Below, in pieces: positions 19,894 to 29,200 of a stretch of DNA of 64,000 nt; positions within the stretch are counted from its first letter, which is position 1; every line of letters starts with the position of its first letter. A model generated the notes under the pieces. That model searched no databases. It had not been told where the DNA came from and worked only from the letters and a program-made list of their open reading frames with translations. The stretch covers positions 11,405 to 75,404 of the forward strand of contig JAFZOY010000045.1 of the NCBI GenBank assembly GCA_017552705.1. Reading direction: 5' to 3'. This stretch comes from Bacteroidales bacterium. GTDB lineage: Bacteria; Bacteroidota; Bacteroidia; Bacteroidales; UBA1715. A program made the position numbers and the translations under genes.

Positions 19894-21062
19894 AATCCCT
19901 CCTTTTTCATCATTTGGTTATACAGCATAATGCCCTTTGCCGTAAGCAGATACTTCTGCCGCGGATGGCGGGGCTTGTCGGGGTAGAGCCTGCGGACAAA
20001 ACCTTCAGCTATGGCAGGGTTAAGATAAAGATTCAAGAAATTATCCCTCCCTTTTAAATTCAAGACCTCCATTATTTCCTTAATTGCCATCTGTTGGTGT
20101 CCAATGGATTTCACAATTCTTAATATATCTTCATTTTCCGTATGGAACTTGTCCTGTACTTGTCCTGTACTTGTCCTGTGTTTGTAGGGTACTTGTCCTT
20201 CCTCAGGCATCTTCCACTCCTCAGGCGGGTTAATCATCATATAACGGTTCTTCAACGTATTATCCTCACCTAGAAGTAAATTGCGGAAAAAACGCACCAA
20301 AAATACAGGCTCATACTCAATACCCTTTGCCACATTACGATAGTTGGCACGTACAAGCGCATTGCGGAAATACCATGAATGTTGCTCAAACATGTCATTG
20401 TTCACATCAAAGCCAAGCGAACGCAAATATTTAATGGTGAAAATAGCTGTGGTACGCGTATTCCCCTCACCAAAAGGATGAATTTGCCACAAACCTGAGA
20501 CAAACTTAGCTATACGTTCCACCAACTGGTTTTTGTCCAATGACTTGTAGCTGACTTGCCGTTCTTGGTCCAAATCGTACTGAATGGTCATGCTTAAATC
20601 TTCCCAATGGGCATATAACACCGTGTCGCCACGCAACACCCATTCATTTTTGGCAATGTCATAATCCCTGAATCTGCCTGCATGTTTGAAAACGCCCTCG
20701 AAGATTGCCTTGTGAATTGCCGCCAAACCAGCAACACTATACGTAAACGAGTCGGTTTGCAACAATTTTGAAATATTTGTCGAAACCTTATCGGCTTCTT
20801 CCACGTTGGCATCGCCATCGTCGTGTGCTGTTTTCTTGATATAGTATTGATTAACAAGTGCTTTCGCCTCGTCAATCGTAATATCCCCCTCAATGTTCCG
20901 ACGGGCTGTTTCCTGCAAATATGCCGAAGTTTTCAAACCATCAACAGCTTGCAAACCGATTGCCACACGCCATGCCTCGGCACGTTCGCGTTTGGCAGGT
21001 TCGCCTTGGCGAATGTATTCGTCGAAGTTGAGATATTGCTCGTTTCCGATAGTCTCGCTCAT
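19890..21062 (-). CDS. Fic family protein with N-terminal VbhA-like antitoxin domain and C-terminal HTH-like domain
   Basis: AIGLQAVDGL..GDITIDE N-domain. Fic motif HPFGEGNTRTT. C-terminal YLNPAI..PDKPRHPRQKYLLT. Confidence 0.9.
   Translation of the reverse strand: MSETIGNEQYLNFDEYIRQGEPAKRERAEAWRVAIGLQAVDGLKTSAYLQETARRNIEGDITIDEAKALVNQYYIKKTAHDDGDANVEEADKVSTNISKLLQTDSFTYSVAGLAAIHKAIFEGVFKHAGRFRDYDIAKNEWVLRGDTVLYAHWEDLSMTIQYDLDQERQVSYKSLDKNQLVERIAKFVSGLWQIHPFGEGNTRTTAIFTIKYLRSLGFDVNNDMFEQHSWYFRNALVRANYRNVAKGIEYEPVFLVRFFRNLLLGEDNTLKNRYMMINPPEEWKMPEEGQVPYKHRTSTGQVQDKFHTENEDILRIVKSIGHQQMAIKEIMEVLNLKGRDNFLNLYLNPAIAEGFVRRLYPDKPRHPRQKYLLTAKGIMLYNQMMKKEGL
20147..20199. repeat. 11-bp tandem repeat (ACTTGTCCTGT)x3 plus two degenerate units inside fic
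   Basis: Exact units start at 20147, 20158 and 20169. Degenerate GTTTGTAGGGT at 20180 and partial ACTTGTCCT at 20191. Confidence 0.85.
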
Positions 21063-22675
21063 TATGCCTCCTTGTCTTCTAACTTTATCTTCCCCAGATT
21101 TTCCAAAATCAATTTGTTCAACCGTTCTTCCTCTTTCAGTTGCTCCTCAAACTCGGCTTTCAGGGAAGTAAAACGCTCGGCAAAGTTGAAATCGTCTTCC
21201 TCCTCAGGCAAACCCACATAACGGCCAGGCGTGAGCACATAATCCAACTCAGCCACACGGCTTATCGGCACAGAAGCACAGAATCCGGGAATATCCTGAT
21301 AGGCGGTGCCTTCGACAAGCTCAGGCACTGGAGTTCCTCTGAAGCTTGAACCCATACTATCGATGGATGAGCCTGTCGAAACCACAGATGATTCGTCACG
21401 CCACAGATGATAGGTTCTGGCTATTTTCTGAATATCGTCTTCCGAGAGTTCGCGGGTGCGTCGATTGATAAGATGTCCCTCGTTGCGGGCATCGATAAAG
21501 AGAATCTCACCAGCACGTTTAGTGCGGTTGCGCGTCACAAACCATAGGCAAGCAGGAATCTGGGTGTTCAGGAACAACTTGGCTGGAAGGTTCACAATAC
21601 AGGCTATCAAACCTTTATCAATCAGAGCCTTACGAATGTCGCCCTCTCCACCAATCTTCGATGTCAGCGAACCTTTGGCAAGCACGAATCCTGCTTGTCC
21701 GCTTGGTGCAAGATGATAGATAAAGTGCTGAATCCAAGCAAAGTTGGCGTTGCCTGTTGGTGGTACGCCGTATTGCCAGCGAGCGTCGGAACGCAATTGG
21801 TCGCCGCTCCAGTCGCTGTCGTTAAACGGCGGATTGGCCAACACATAGTCAGCTTTCACATCACGATGCGCATCGTTCAGGAACGAGCCCTCGGTGTTCC
21901 ACTTCACCTGCGAAGCGTCTATGCCACGAATGGCAAGGTTCATCCTGCACAAGCGCCAAGTGGTCTGGTTGCTTTCCTGTCCGTAAACCGAGATGTTCTC
22001 AATCCGTCCCTGATGCTCCTTCACAAACTTCTCGCTCTGCACAAACATACCTCCTGAACCACAACAGGGGTCAAGCACACGGCCATTGTACGGTTCCAAC
22101 ATATTCACGAGCAATTCAACAACACTGCGCGGCGTATAGAATTGTCCGCCCTTCTTACCTTCAGCCAAGGCAAACTCACCAAGGAAATACTCAAACACAT
22201 GCCCCAACAAATCGGCACTTTTGGTACTGGTGTTTTGCAAAGTTGAATTTCCTATTAGGTCAATCAGTTCACCCAAACTTGTCGGGTCGAGGTTTGGTCG
22301 GGCAAACACCTTGGGCAGCACGCCTTTTAGCGTTTTGTTCTCGTGCTCAATCTCGTCCATCGCATCATCGATGAGTTTTCCAATCATCGGATTTTTTGCA
22401 TTGTCGGTCAAATAACTCCAACGGGCATTTGCCGGAACGTAAAAGACGTTTTCAGCTGCATACTCCTCACGGTCTTCAGGGTCAGCGCCATCGGCCTGTT
22501 GCGCAACAAGTTGGTTATATAGTTGCTCAAACGATACCGAAATGTATCGAAGAAAAATCAAGCCTAATACTACATGCTTGTATTCCGCCGCATCAATATT
22601 TTTGCGCAGTTTATCAGCCGCCTTCCAAAGCTGTTTTTCAAGGGGTTCTTCTATTTGTTCTTTAATTTTTGCCAT
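21062..22675 (-). CDS. hsdM: Type I restriction-modification N6-adenine methyltransferase subunit M
   Basis: GQFYTP, LDPCCGSGG and ANPPF motifs. Minus-strand -7 box at 22692-22699. Confidence 0.96.
   Translation of the reverse strand: MAKIKEQIEEPLEKQLWKAADKLRKNIDAAEYKHVVLGLIFLRYISVSFEQLYNQLVAQQADGADPEDREEYAAENVFYVPANARWSYLTDNAKNPMIGKLIDDAMDEIEHENKTLKGVLPKVFARPNLDPTSLGELIDLIGNSTLQNTSTKSADLLGHVFEYFLGEFALAEGKKGGQFYTPRSVVELLVNMLEPYNGRVLDPCCGSGGMFVQSEKFVKEHQGRIENISVYGQESNQTTWRLCRMNLAIRGIDASQVKWNTEGSFLNDAHRDVKADYVLANPPFNDSDWSGDQLRSDARWQYGVPPTGNANFAWIQHFIYHLAPSGQAGFVLAKGSLTSKIGGEGDIRKALIDKGLIACIVNLPAKLFLNTQIPACLWFVTRNRTKRAGEILFIDARNEGHLINRRTRELSEDDIQKIARTYHLWRDESSVVSTGSSIDSMGSSFRGTPVPELVEGTAYQDIPGFCASVPISRVAELDYVLTPGRYVGLPEEEDDFNFAERFTSLKAEFEEQLKEEERLNKLILENLGKIKLEDKEA
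21306..21385. repeat. REP-like inverted repeat pair inserted in frame within hsdM
   Basis: GTGCCTTCGACAAGCTCA (21306-21323) versus TGAGCCTGTCGAAACCAC (21368-21385), 15/18 complementary, 44-bp spacer. Confidence 0.7.
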
Positions 22676-22756
22676 AAAACAGATTATACAACAAAAATAA
22701 GTATTTATTGCAAATTTGCCCTATTCAAAATACAATTTATCTCCTATCTTTGCTAT

Positions 22757-23149
22757 ATGAAACGGGTGTTTTTGTCGATAGTAGCCATTGCCTGTGGGTT
22801 TATGACAGGATACTGCATGGATTTCCAATTGCCGAAGGAGGACCATGTGAAGTGCCGAAATATGTCGCAACAGCAGATAATGGATTATCTTACGGCAATT
22901 GTCACTGATTCGTTGATGGCAGAAACCGCAAGTCGCGATAGTACTTTGTTGCTTGCGTATATCGAACGACGTCCGCAGAATTGCGTGGCGGTTATCTACA
23001 CGATAAAGTTTATGATTGAAAAAGAAGAGTTCAGCTATGTGGTGTACTATGGCGTAACCGCCCGCGACAACACCGATGAATGCCAGCAGGATGTGTACGC
23101 CGAAATGAAAGAGGTTGAACAACATTTAAGGCGTTTGTTGCGGATATAA
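22757..23149 (+). CDS. Hypothetical exported protein
   Basis: MKRVFLSIVAIACG signal-like N-terminus at ATG 22757, directly after TATCTTTG (22745-22752). Confidence 0.6.
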   Translation: MKRVFLSIVAIACGFMTGYCMDFQLPKEDHVKCRNMSQQQIMDYLTAIVTDSLMAETASRDSTLLLAYIERRPQNCVAVIYTIKFMIEKEEFSYVVYYGVTARDNTDECQQDVYAEMKEVEQHLRRLLRI

Positions 23150-23181
23150 AAAAAGCCCTCTCGCTTTCACGGGAAGGCTTT
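23148..23181 (-). terminator. Intrinsic terminator between convergent genes
   Basis: AAAGCC..GGCTTT stem with an A-run on the left, giving a U-tail on the minus strand. Confidence 0.6.
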
Positions 23182-23205
23182 CCATCAATGTATTAACTAA
23201 AAAAT

Positions 23206-23658
23206 TTAAAATACTCCGTTCAATATTTTGTAAATTTCTGCTGCTGCTTGGATTTGTTCCGCTTTGTTGCTTGCACCTTCAATTGAACCATCAGTCAATG
23301 CTGTCAGCAATTTATCTGTAAGGGCTGTTTTTGCAGCTTCTTTGTCGTTGATGTCAATGTCGGTTTTTGCTTCTACTGCAGTAGAAGCGGCACTTTTTGT
23401 AAACTCACTCATCCATTCTTTGTTATCCTTATTATCATCGTAAGCTTTGTATGCCATATATAAACTTACCCCTGCTTCTATCTTTTTAACATCGTTATTA
23501 GTTTCTTCTGCTTCTTTATACTTTGCGTAAGATTCATACAAACTTGCTCCAGATTCTGTAGGATCTGCTTGTTTTTCTTCTTTTTCTTTGTCACCACAAG
23601 CTGTGAAGCAGAGTGCCATTCCTAAAAATGCCATAAGGCTTAACATAAATTTTTTCAT
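23206..23658 (-). CDS. Hypothetical lipoprotein
   Basis: Signal peptide with lipobox FTA-C followed by a charged helical body. Confidence 0.75.
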   Translation of the reverse strand: MKKFMLSLMAFLGMALCFTACGDKEKEEKQADPTESGASLYESYAKYKEAEETNNDVKKIEAGVSLYMAYKAYDDNKDNKEWMSEFTKSAASTAVEAKTDIDINDKEAAKTALTDKLLTALTDGSIEGASNKAEQIQAAAEIYKILNGVF

Positions 23659-23739
23659 ATCGCTTAATTTTAAATTTACAAATACAAAAATGAAATAATT
23701 TTTTTAATTATCAAACACCCGATACGGTTTTTCAATAAT

Positions 23740-23773
23740 AAAAACAACGGAAGCCCAATCAAGACTTCCGTTG
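23740..23773 (-). terminator. Intrinsic terminator after siaC-like gene
   Basis: CAACGGAAG / CTTCCGTTG 9-bp stem with adjacent A-run. Confidence 0.65.
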
Positions 23774-23801
23774 CACGAATAAAATCAAATTATGAAAAAA
23801 A

Positions 23802-24182
23802 CTAATCGTCGATTTCTACTAATTCAAAAGGCACTTGGATGATGTCTTTGTAGTCGCCACCAGCCTCTTGCATATCTTCGTCATCGCTTTCATAATGCCA
23901 TCTTACAACAATGTCGGCACCGCTTTTAGCGATAAGTTCGAATTTTTTCAAAACGTCAAGAATACATTTTGACGAACTCGTATTGAAATATTCTAGTTTG
24001 ATATTTGCAATTGTTTTTGCTTGAGGAGCCTTTGCGTATGCGTCCAACCATTCAAGTACAGGTCTGTAGAATTCCACAGAGTTTTCAGGGATTGAACGAC
24101 CAGAAATTTCGAAAACGCCAGTTTCTGCGTTGAAATCTAATGTCGGCGTTTTTGCCGAACCTTCCATTTTAATATTGTCCAT
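23802..24182 (-). CDS. SiaC family (DUF1987) regulatory phosphoprotein
   Basis: KTPTLDF..ISGRSIPEN..FYRPVLEWL..LEYFNTSSSK..WHYESDDEDM. ATG 24182 preferred as start. Confidence 0.9.
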   Translation of the reverse strand: MDNIKMEGSAKTPTLDFNAETGVFEISGRSIPENSVEFYRPVLEWLDAYAKAPQAKTIANIKLEYFNTSSSKCILDVLKKFELIAKSGADIVVRWHYESDDEDMQEAGGDYKDIIQVPFELVEIDD

Positions 24183-24274
24183 AGCGTAGAATTTATTTTT
24201 GTACAAATGTACATTTTTTTTCAAAAAAAATATATTCTGTCTTATTTTTTTGCGGAAGATGAAAATTTAGTGAA

Positions 24275-25150
24275 CTATTTCTTGGAAATAAAGTTGAATT
24301 TCTTTCCCAGAATCTCGCTCATCTGTACACCTTCCTCGTGCGAAATTTCATCGTCGGCGTCGTAGTACCAGTTCACGGTGAAACCGTCTTTGTTGGCCGC
24401 CAATAGGTCTTTTATTGTTCGGGTGATATTCTTGAGCGAAATGGAGTTGAAATAGTCCAAATCGATTTTCAGCACTGGATTTTGCATGTCGGAAATGTAT
24501 TCTGAGTTGTCGAAAATCCATTTTTCAATCTCTGAATAATAATTTTCGGCATCTTCTGGATACGACACGCCTGAAATCTCGAATCTCTGGTTTTCAATTT
24601 CGAAATTGACTTGCGGTGTACGTTTTGTCTTGTCCTTTTTCAAGTCTTCCTGAGCATTTATGGCAACTTCCAATTCCAATTCAATGTACGAAATGGTATC
24701 GTTGAATGGCTCAAATTTGCAGATGATTGGCTTGCAAACGCGGCGGCGAATCATCATAAGTCCAATGCCTGCGCCGCCTGGCGTAGTGAGGTTCTTCTCC
24801 AACGTTTCTTGTTGAATCATACGAAGTTCCTGCGGACTTTTCAGGTTTATTTTGTTGAGCAGGATTGTGAATGCCGATAGTTGTTCGTTTTGTATGAAAT
24901 TTTTTGTGTGGATTTTGATTGTGTCTTCGTCGGTTTTCAGCAATTCCATTTGCACCGAACGTTGCCGCTCGTCAATGTTGGCGTGCGACACAATGTTACT
25001 CAAAATCTCCGTCACAATCGTCCGAATGGAATGGTGCACAACGTTTGGAAAATGTTCTTCCTGCGTCTCATTTAGTATATTTTGAAGTACATTCGGGAAG
25101 TCGCTCTCGCACAAAAAATTGTTCGTATATGTGAATAATGTTTTTTCCAT
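24275..25150 (-). CDS. SiaB-like kinase domain fused to a SiaC (DUF1987) domain
   Basis: N-half has EILSNIVSHA and GGAGIGLMMIRR (GHKL N-box and G-box). C-half has RTPQVNF..ISGVSYPED..LDYFNSIS..WYYDADD. Confidence 0.75.
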   Translation of the reverse strand: MEKTLFTYTNNFLCESDFPNVLQNILNETQEEHFPNVVHHSIRTIVTEILSNIVSHANIDERQRSVQMELLKTDEDTIKIHTKNFIQNEQLSAFTILLNKINLKSPQELRMIQQETLEKNLTTPGGAGIGLMMIRRRVCKPIICKFEPFNDTISYIELELEVAINAQEDLKKDKTKRTPQVNFEIENQRFEISGVSYPEDAENYYSEIEKWIFDNSEYISDMQNPVLKIDLDYFNSISLKNITRTIKDLLAANKDGFTVNWYYDADDEISHEEGVQMSEILGKKFNFISKK

Positions 25151-25184
25151 ATTTGAATATTTCTGCTAAAATAGGAATATTTTT

Positions 25185-26225
25185 TTATTTCGCAAAATAT
25201 TCTTGCAATGAATACCGCGCCCGTGGCGCTGCGTTTTGTCCTGAAAATTCTCCAACCAAGTATTTATAGTATGCCGCAAGTCCAATCATGGCCGCGTTGT
25301 CGGTTGTGTAGCGAAGTTCAGGCAGGAATGTCCGCCAACCAAGTTTTTTGCCTGTCGCCACAATTGCGTCGCGAAGTCCCGAGTTGGCAGCAACGCCGCC
25401 ACCAATCACCACATCTTTTATTCCCGTTTGCTTTGATGCGAGAATTAGTTTTTTCAGCAAAATCGAAATAATTGTTGATTGTGCCGAGGCACAGATGTCG
25501 TCGATGTTTTCGGTTATGAAGTTTGGATTTTCCTGCACTTTTTTCTGCAAAAAATACAAAATCGACGTTTTTAATCCGCTGAAACTGTAGTCAAGGTTCG
25601 GTATTTGCGGTTTGTTAAACTGAAATGCGTCAGGATTTCCGATTTTAGCGTGTCGGTCAATGTGCGGACCGCCAGGGTAGGGCAATCCAATGATTTTCGC
25701 GCATTTGTCGAATGCTTCGCCGGCTGCGTCGTCAATCGTGGTGCCAATTATTTCCATATTGGTGTAGTCGCGTACAATGATTATTTGCGAATGTCCGCCT
25801 GAAACAAGCAGACACAAAAATGGAAATTTCGCCTGTTCTTTTCCCACTGTTTCGGGCGTGACAATGAAATTTGCCAAAACGTGTCCGTGTAAGTGATTGA
25901 CTTCTATTAATTTGCATCCTTTTGCAAGTGCAAATGCTTTTGCAAACGAGGCTCCCACAAGCAGCGAACCCAACAATCCTGGTCCTCTGGTATAGCCCAC
26001 AGCATCAATTTCGTCAACGGAAACCTGTGCTTGTTTCAGGGCATCGTCAACCACGGGAATAATATTTTGCTGGTGCGAACGCGACGCCAATTCTGGAACA
26101 ACGCCCCCGTACCGTTCGTGGACTTTCTGGCTCGCAATTGTGTTGGAAAGTAGCACTCCGTCGCGGATTACGGCAGCTGAAGTGTCATCGCACGATGATT
26201 CTATGGCAAGAATTGTTGTACTCAT
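25185..26225 (-). CDS. tsaD: tRNA N6-adenosine threonylcarbamoyltransferase
   Basis: IESSCDDT, GGVVPELASR, HLHGH, GEAFDK, TDNAAMI. Confidence 0.97.
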   Translation of the reverse strand: MSTTILAIESSCDDTSAAVIRDGVLLSNTIASQKVHERYGGVVPELASRSHQQNIIPVVDDALKQAQVSVDEIDAVGYTRGPGLLGSLLVGASFAKAFALAKGCKLIEVNHLHGHVLANFIVTPETVGKEQAKFPFLCLLVSGGHSQIIIVRDYTNMEIIGTTIDDAAGEAFDKCAKIIGLPYPGGPHIDRHAKIGNPDAFQFNKPQIPNLDYSFSGLKTSILYFLQKKVQENPNFITENIDDICASAQSTIISILLKKLILASKQTGIKDVVIGGGVAANSGLRDAIVATGKKLGWRTFLPELRYTTDNAAMIGLAAYYKYLVGEFSGQNAAPRARYSLQEYFAK

Positions 26226-26294
26226 ATTCTATTTTTTCGATTGATAGCAACCGACTTATGTCTATATTTGTGGGCAAAAATAATCTTATTTTCG

Positions 26295-29200
26295 TTGACT
26301 GTACTAAAACGCATAGCAAAAATACTGAAATGGACGGCTCTTTCCGTGTGTGGGCTGCTTTTGTTGCTGTTTGCACTCATCAATCTTACTGTGGTGCAGG
26401 AGAAAATCAAGTCGTTTGTGGTGCAGAAAGTCAACGATAAGTTGGGAATGCAGGTTGCGGTAGGACGGATTTATCCGTTGTTTTGGGATGGCGTTGTGCT
26501 ACAGGATGTGAGTCTGCTTGATGCGCAAAACGATACGGTTCTGTTGGCGAAGGGCATAATGGCGAGGATTCGCTCGCTCAAACTTGATTCGTCGTTTGTT
26601 GCGGTTGAAAAAATTTCTTTGGAAAAACCCGACATCCGTTTGGTCGTTGATTCTTTTGGAACCATGAATATCCAGCCGTTGATTGATGTATTTCAGTCCG
26701 ACGACACCACATCGTCGTTTCATCTCGATGTTGACGAGATTTCTATCCGTGATGCTGATTTTTCGTATCGGAACTATACTGGAAATCAGAAGGTTGACTA
26801 TGGAATAAATTACGATAACATAGCTGTGTCAAAATTGTTTTTGCAGGCGCATTCGTTTTGTATGGACAATGGCACGTGTCAGTTGGCGATAGATAAATTT
26901 TCGTGTAACGAGCAGTCGGGTTTTCAACTCCAGTATTTGCATACCAATGCTGTGGTGTGCGACACTATGATACGTTGTACGAATGTTGCGATTTATACGC
27001 CGGAAACAAAATTGTCGGCGAATCGGGCTGAAATGCATTATTCATCGTTTTCCGATTTTTCTGATTTTTGTGAAAAGGTTCGTCTGAGCGCTGACTTTAA
27101 CCGCACAACAACTTCGTTGTCTGATATTTCATATTTTGCGGCAGCCTTGAAGGATCTGCCGTACGCGTTCTCGTTCAAGGGAAATCTCGACGGAACTATT
27201 TCAAATCTTTCCGCAGAAAATTTTCATATTGGCTACGGACGAAGTTCGCAGTTTGTGGGCTCTGTTGCGCTACAGGGGTTGCCCGATATGGATAAATTCC
27301 GTTTCGATGTTAATGCGAAAAAACTTGAAGTGAATTCCTACGACATAGAGCATACCCGCATCCCGCCGTTTTCTACGGAGCAATATGTGAAATTGCCCAA
27401 TTTCTTGGAGAATCTTACCAATTATAAATATATTGGCTCGGTGCGTGGCGGTTTCTCCGATATGGTTGCTGATGGTGCATTGCTGACAAATGCCGGAAAA
27501 ATTACAACAAATGTCCGTTTGAAGGAGAAAAATGGGTATCAGTGCACGGGTACCGTTTTGTTTGATGATTTTAATCTTGCGGTGTTCTCGTCGGAGTCGC
27601 TTGCAATGGGCAAAACCACGGGAAATATCAATGTGGATGCGCTGTTCAATAGCGAGTCCCTTGTAAGTGCCGATATTCAGGGCGATGTTGATAAACTTGA
27701 ACTTAACGGCTATGCGTATTCCAATGTTGATGTGGATGGAAAATTTTCGAAAAAGAGATTTTTTGGACAGATTTCTGTTGACGACCAAAATCTGCAATTG
27801 AAGTTTGGCGGCTTGTTCGATATGTCGAAGGATGTACCCGAATTTCGTTTTAAGTCGCGGGTGGCGTCGGCGAAACTCGATAAACTGAATCTGTTCGCCG
27901 ATAGTTTGTCGGATGTGGCATTTTCGTTAAGTGTTGATTTTCAAGGAACTGACTTGGATGAAATGTCCGGGGATGTGTCGATTCGTGATTTGCATTATTC
28001 CAATGCAAAAGGTGCGATTTCAACAAAAAATATCGCATTGAGCGTCCAGAACGACGATTCGAAACGCAAAGTCAACCTACATTCTGCGTTTGTGAACGCT
28101 ACGCTCGATGGCGATGGTCGTTACGAAGATTTGATTCAGAGTGTGGTGGCAATCTTTTCGAAACATTTTCCAAATATTGCGCCGCCAACCACAGCGTTTC
28201 GAAATCCGTCGAATTTCAACCTGAACGTGACTATGCAACAGGTTGACACGCTGTTTGCGCTCTTCCAGTCGGATTTCCGTATTGCCGAAGGTTCCACTAT
28301 GACAGCCAATTACTATGGTTCCGATACTTCGTGTAAGGTTTCAGTGTATTCACCAAAATTGTCGTTCAATGGCGTGCAGCTTTATGGCAACGATGTGGAA
28401 TTGATTTGCTCCAACTCCAATGTGTATGTTGACGTGAAAACGGCATTCGATTCGTTGACTCGCTCTGGAAATGAGGCGAATATACTTGGATTTGTGAAAA
28501 ATGGCACGTTGGATTTCGATGCCAATTGGAATATTAGCCAGCCGGCGCAAACATCGGGAAATGTGTCGTGCTTCGGAACGATGGTTTCCCGTGGCATGAA
28601 TAAGTTGCCGAAGTTTGAATTGGAACTTCGACCGACAAAATTTCGCGTGACCGATTCCTTGTGGAATGTGGCGAAATCAACTATAGTAATCGATTCTTCA
28701 AGCATTTCAGTTGCTGGTTTCAGCGTGTATAAAGATGAAAAAAATGTATCGCTCGACGGAATTATGTCACATAATCCCGACGATTATCTGGTGCTTTCTG
28801 TGCAAAATTACGATTTGAGGGAGCTGAATTCGTGGATAAACAACCCAAATGTGCGGCTTGGCGGTCTGCTTCAAGGACGTGTGCGGATGAAAAACTTATA
28901 TGCAACGCCGCTTGTGTTTGCCGATGTGAATTGTCCGGAGATTTCCTTTAATAATAATGAATTGGGAACGTTCCGCCTGCGGAGTTTTTGGGAAAATAAA
29001 ACAAAGGCGCTGTTGATGAAAATGACTATCCATAACAACGATGAGCCTGTTATTGCCCTTGATGGAAAATATCGCCCGTCAACCGATTCTGTTCATTTTG
29101 ATGTGAGTTTGTCGGAAGTTCGGCTTGATGCGTTTTCCGAAATTTTGCAGGGAACGATTAACGATATCGCTGGTGTGGCAAATGCCGACATCGACATTGA

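Noticed and set aside
10403-22752. 11-bp inverted match flanking the defence island (CAAAGATAGGA at 10403 / TCCTATCTTTG at 22742) as possible terminal inverted repeats
   Set aside because: Both copies coincide with outward-facing TATCTTTG -7 promoter boxes of the neighbouring genes. No transposase or target-site duplication is visible.
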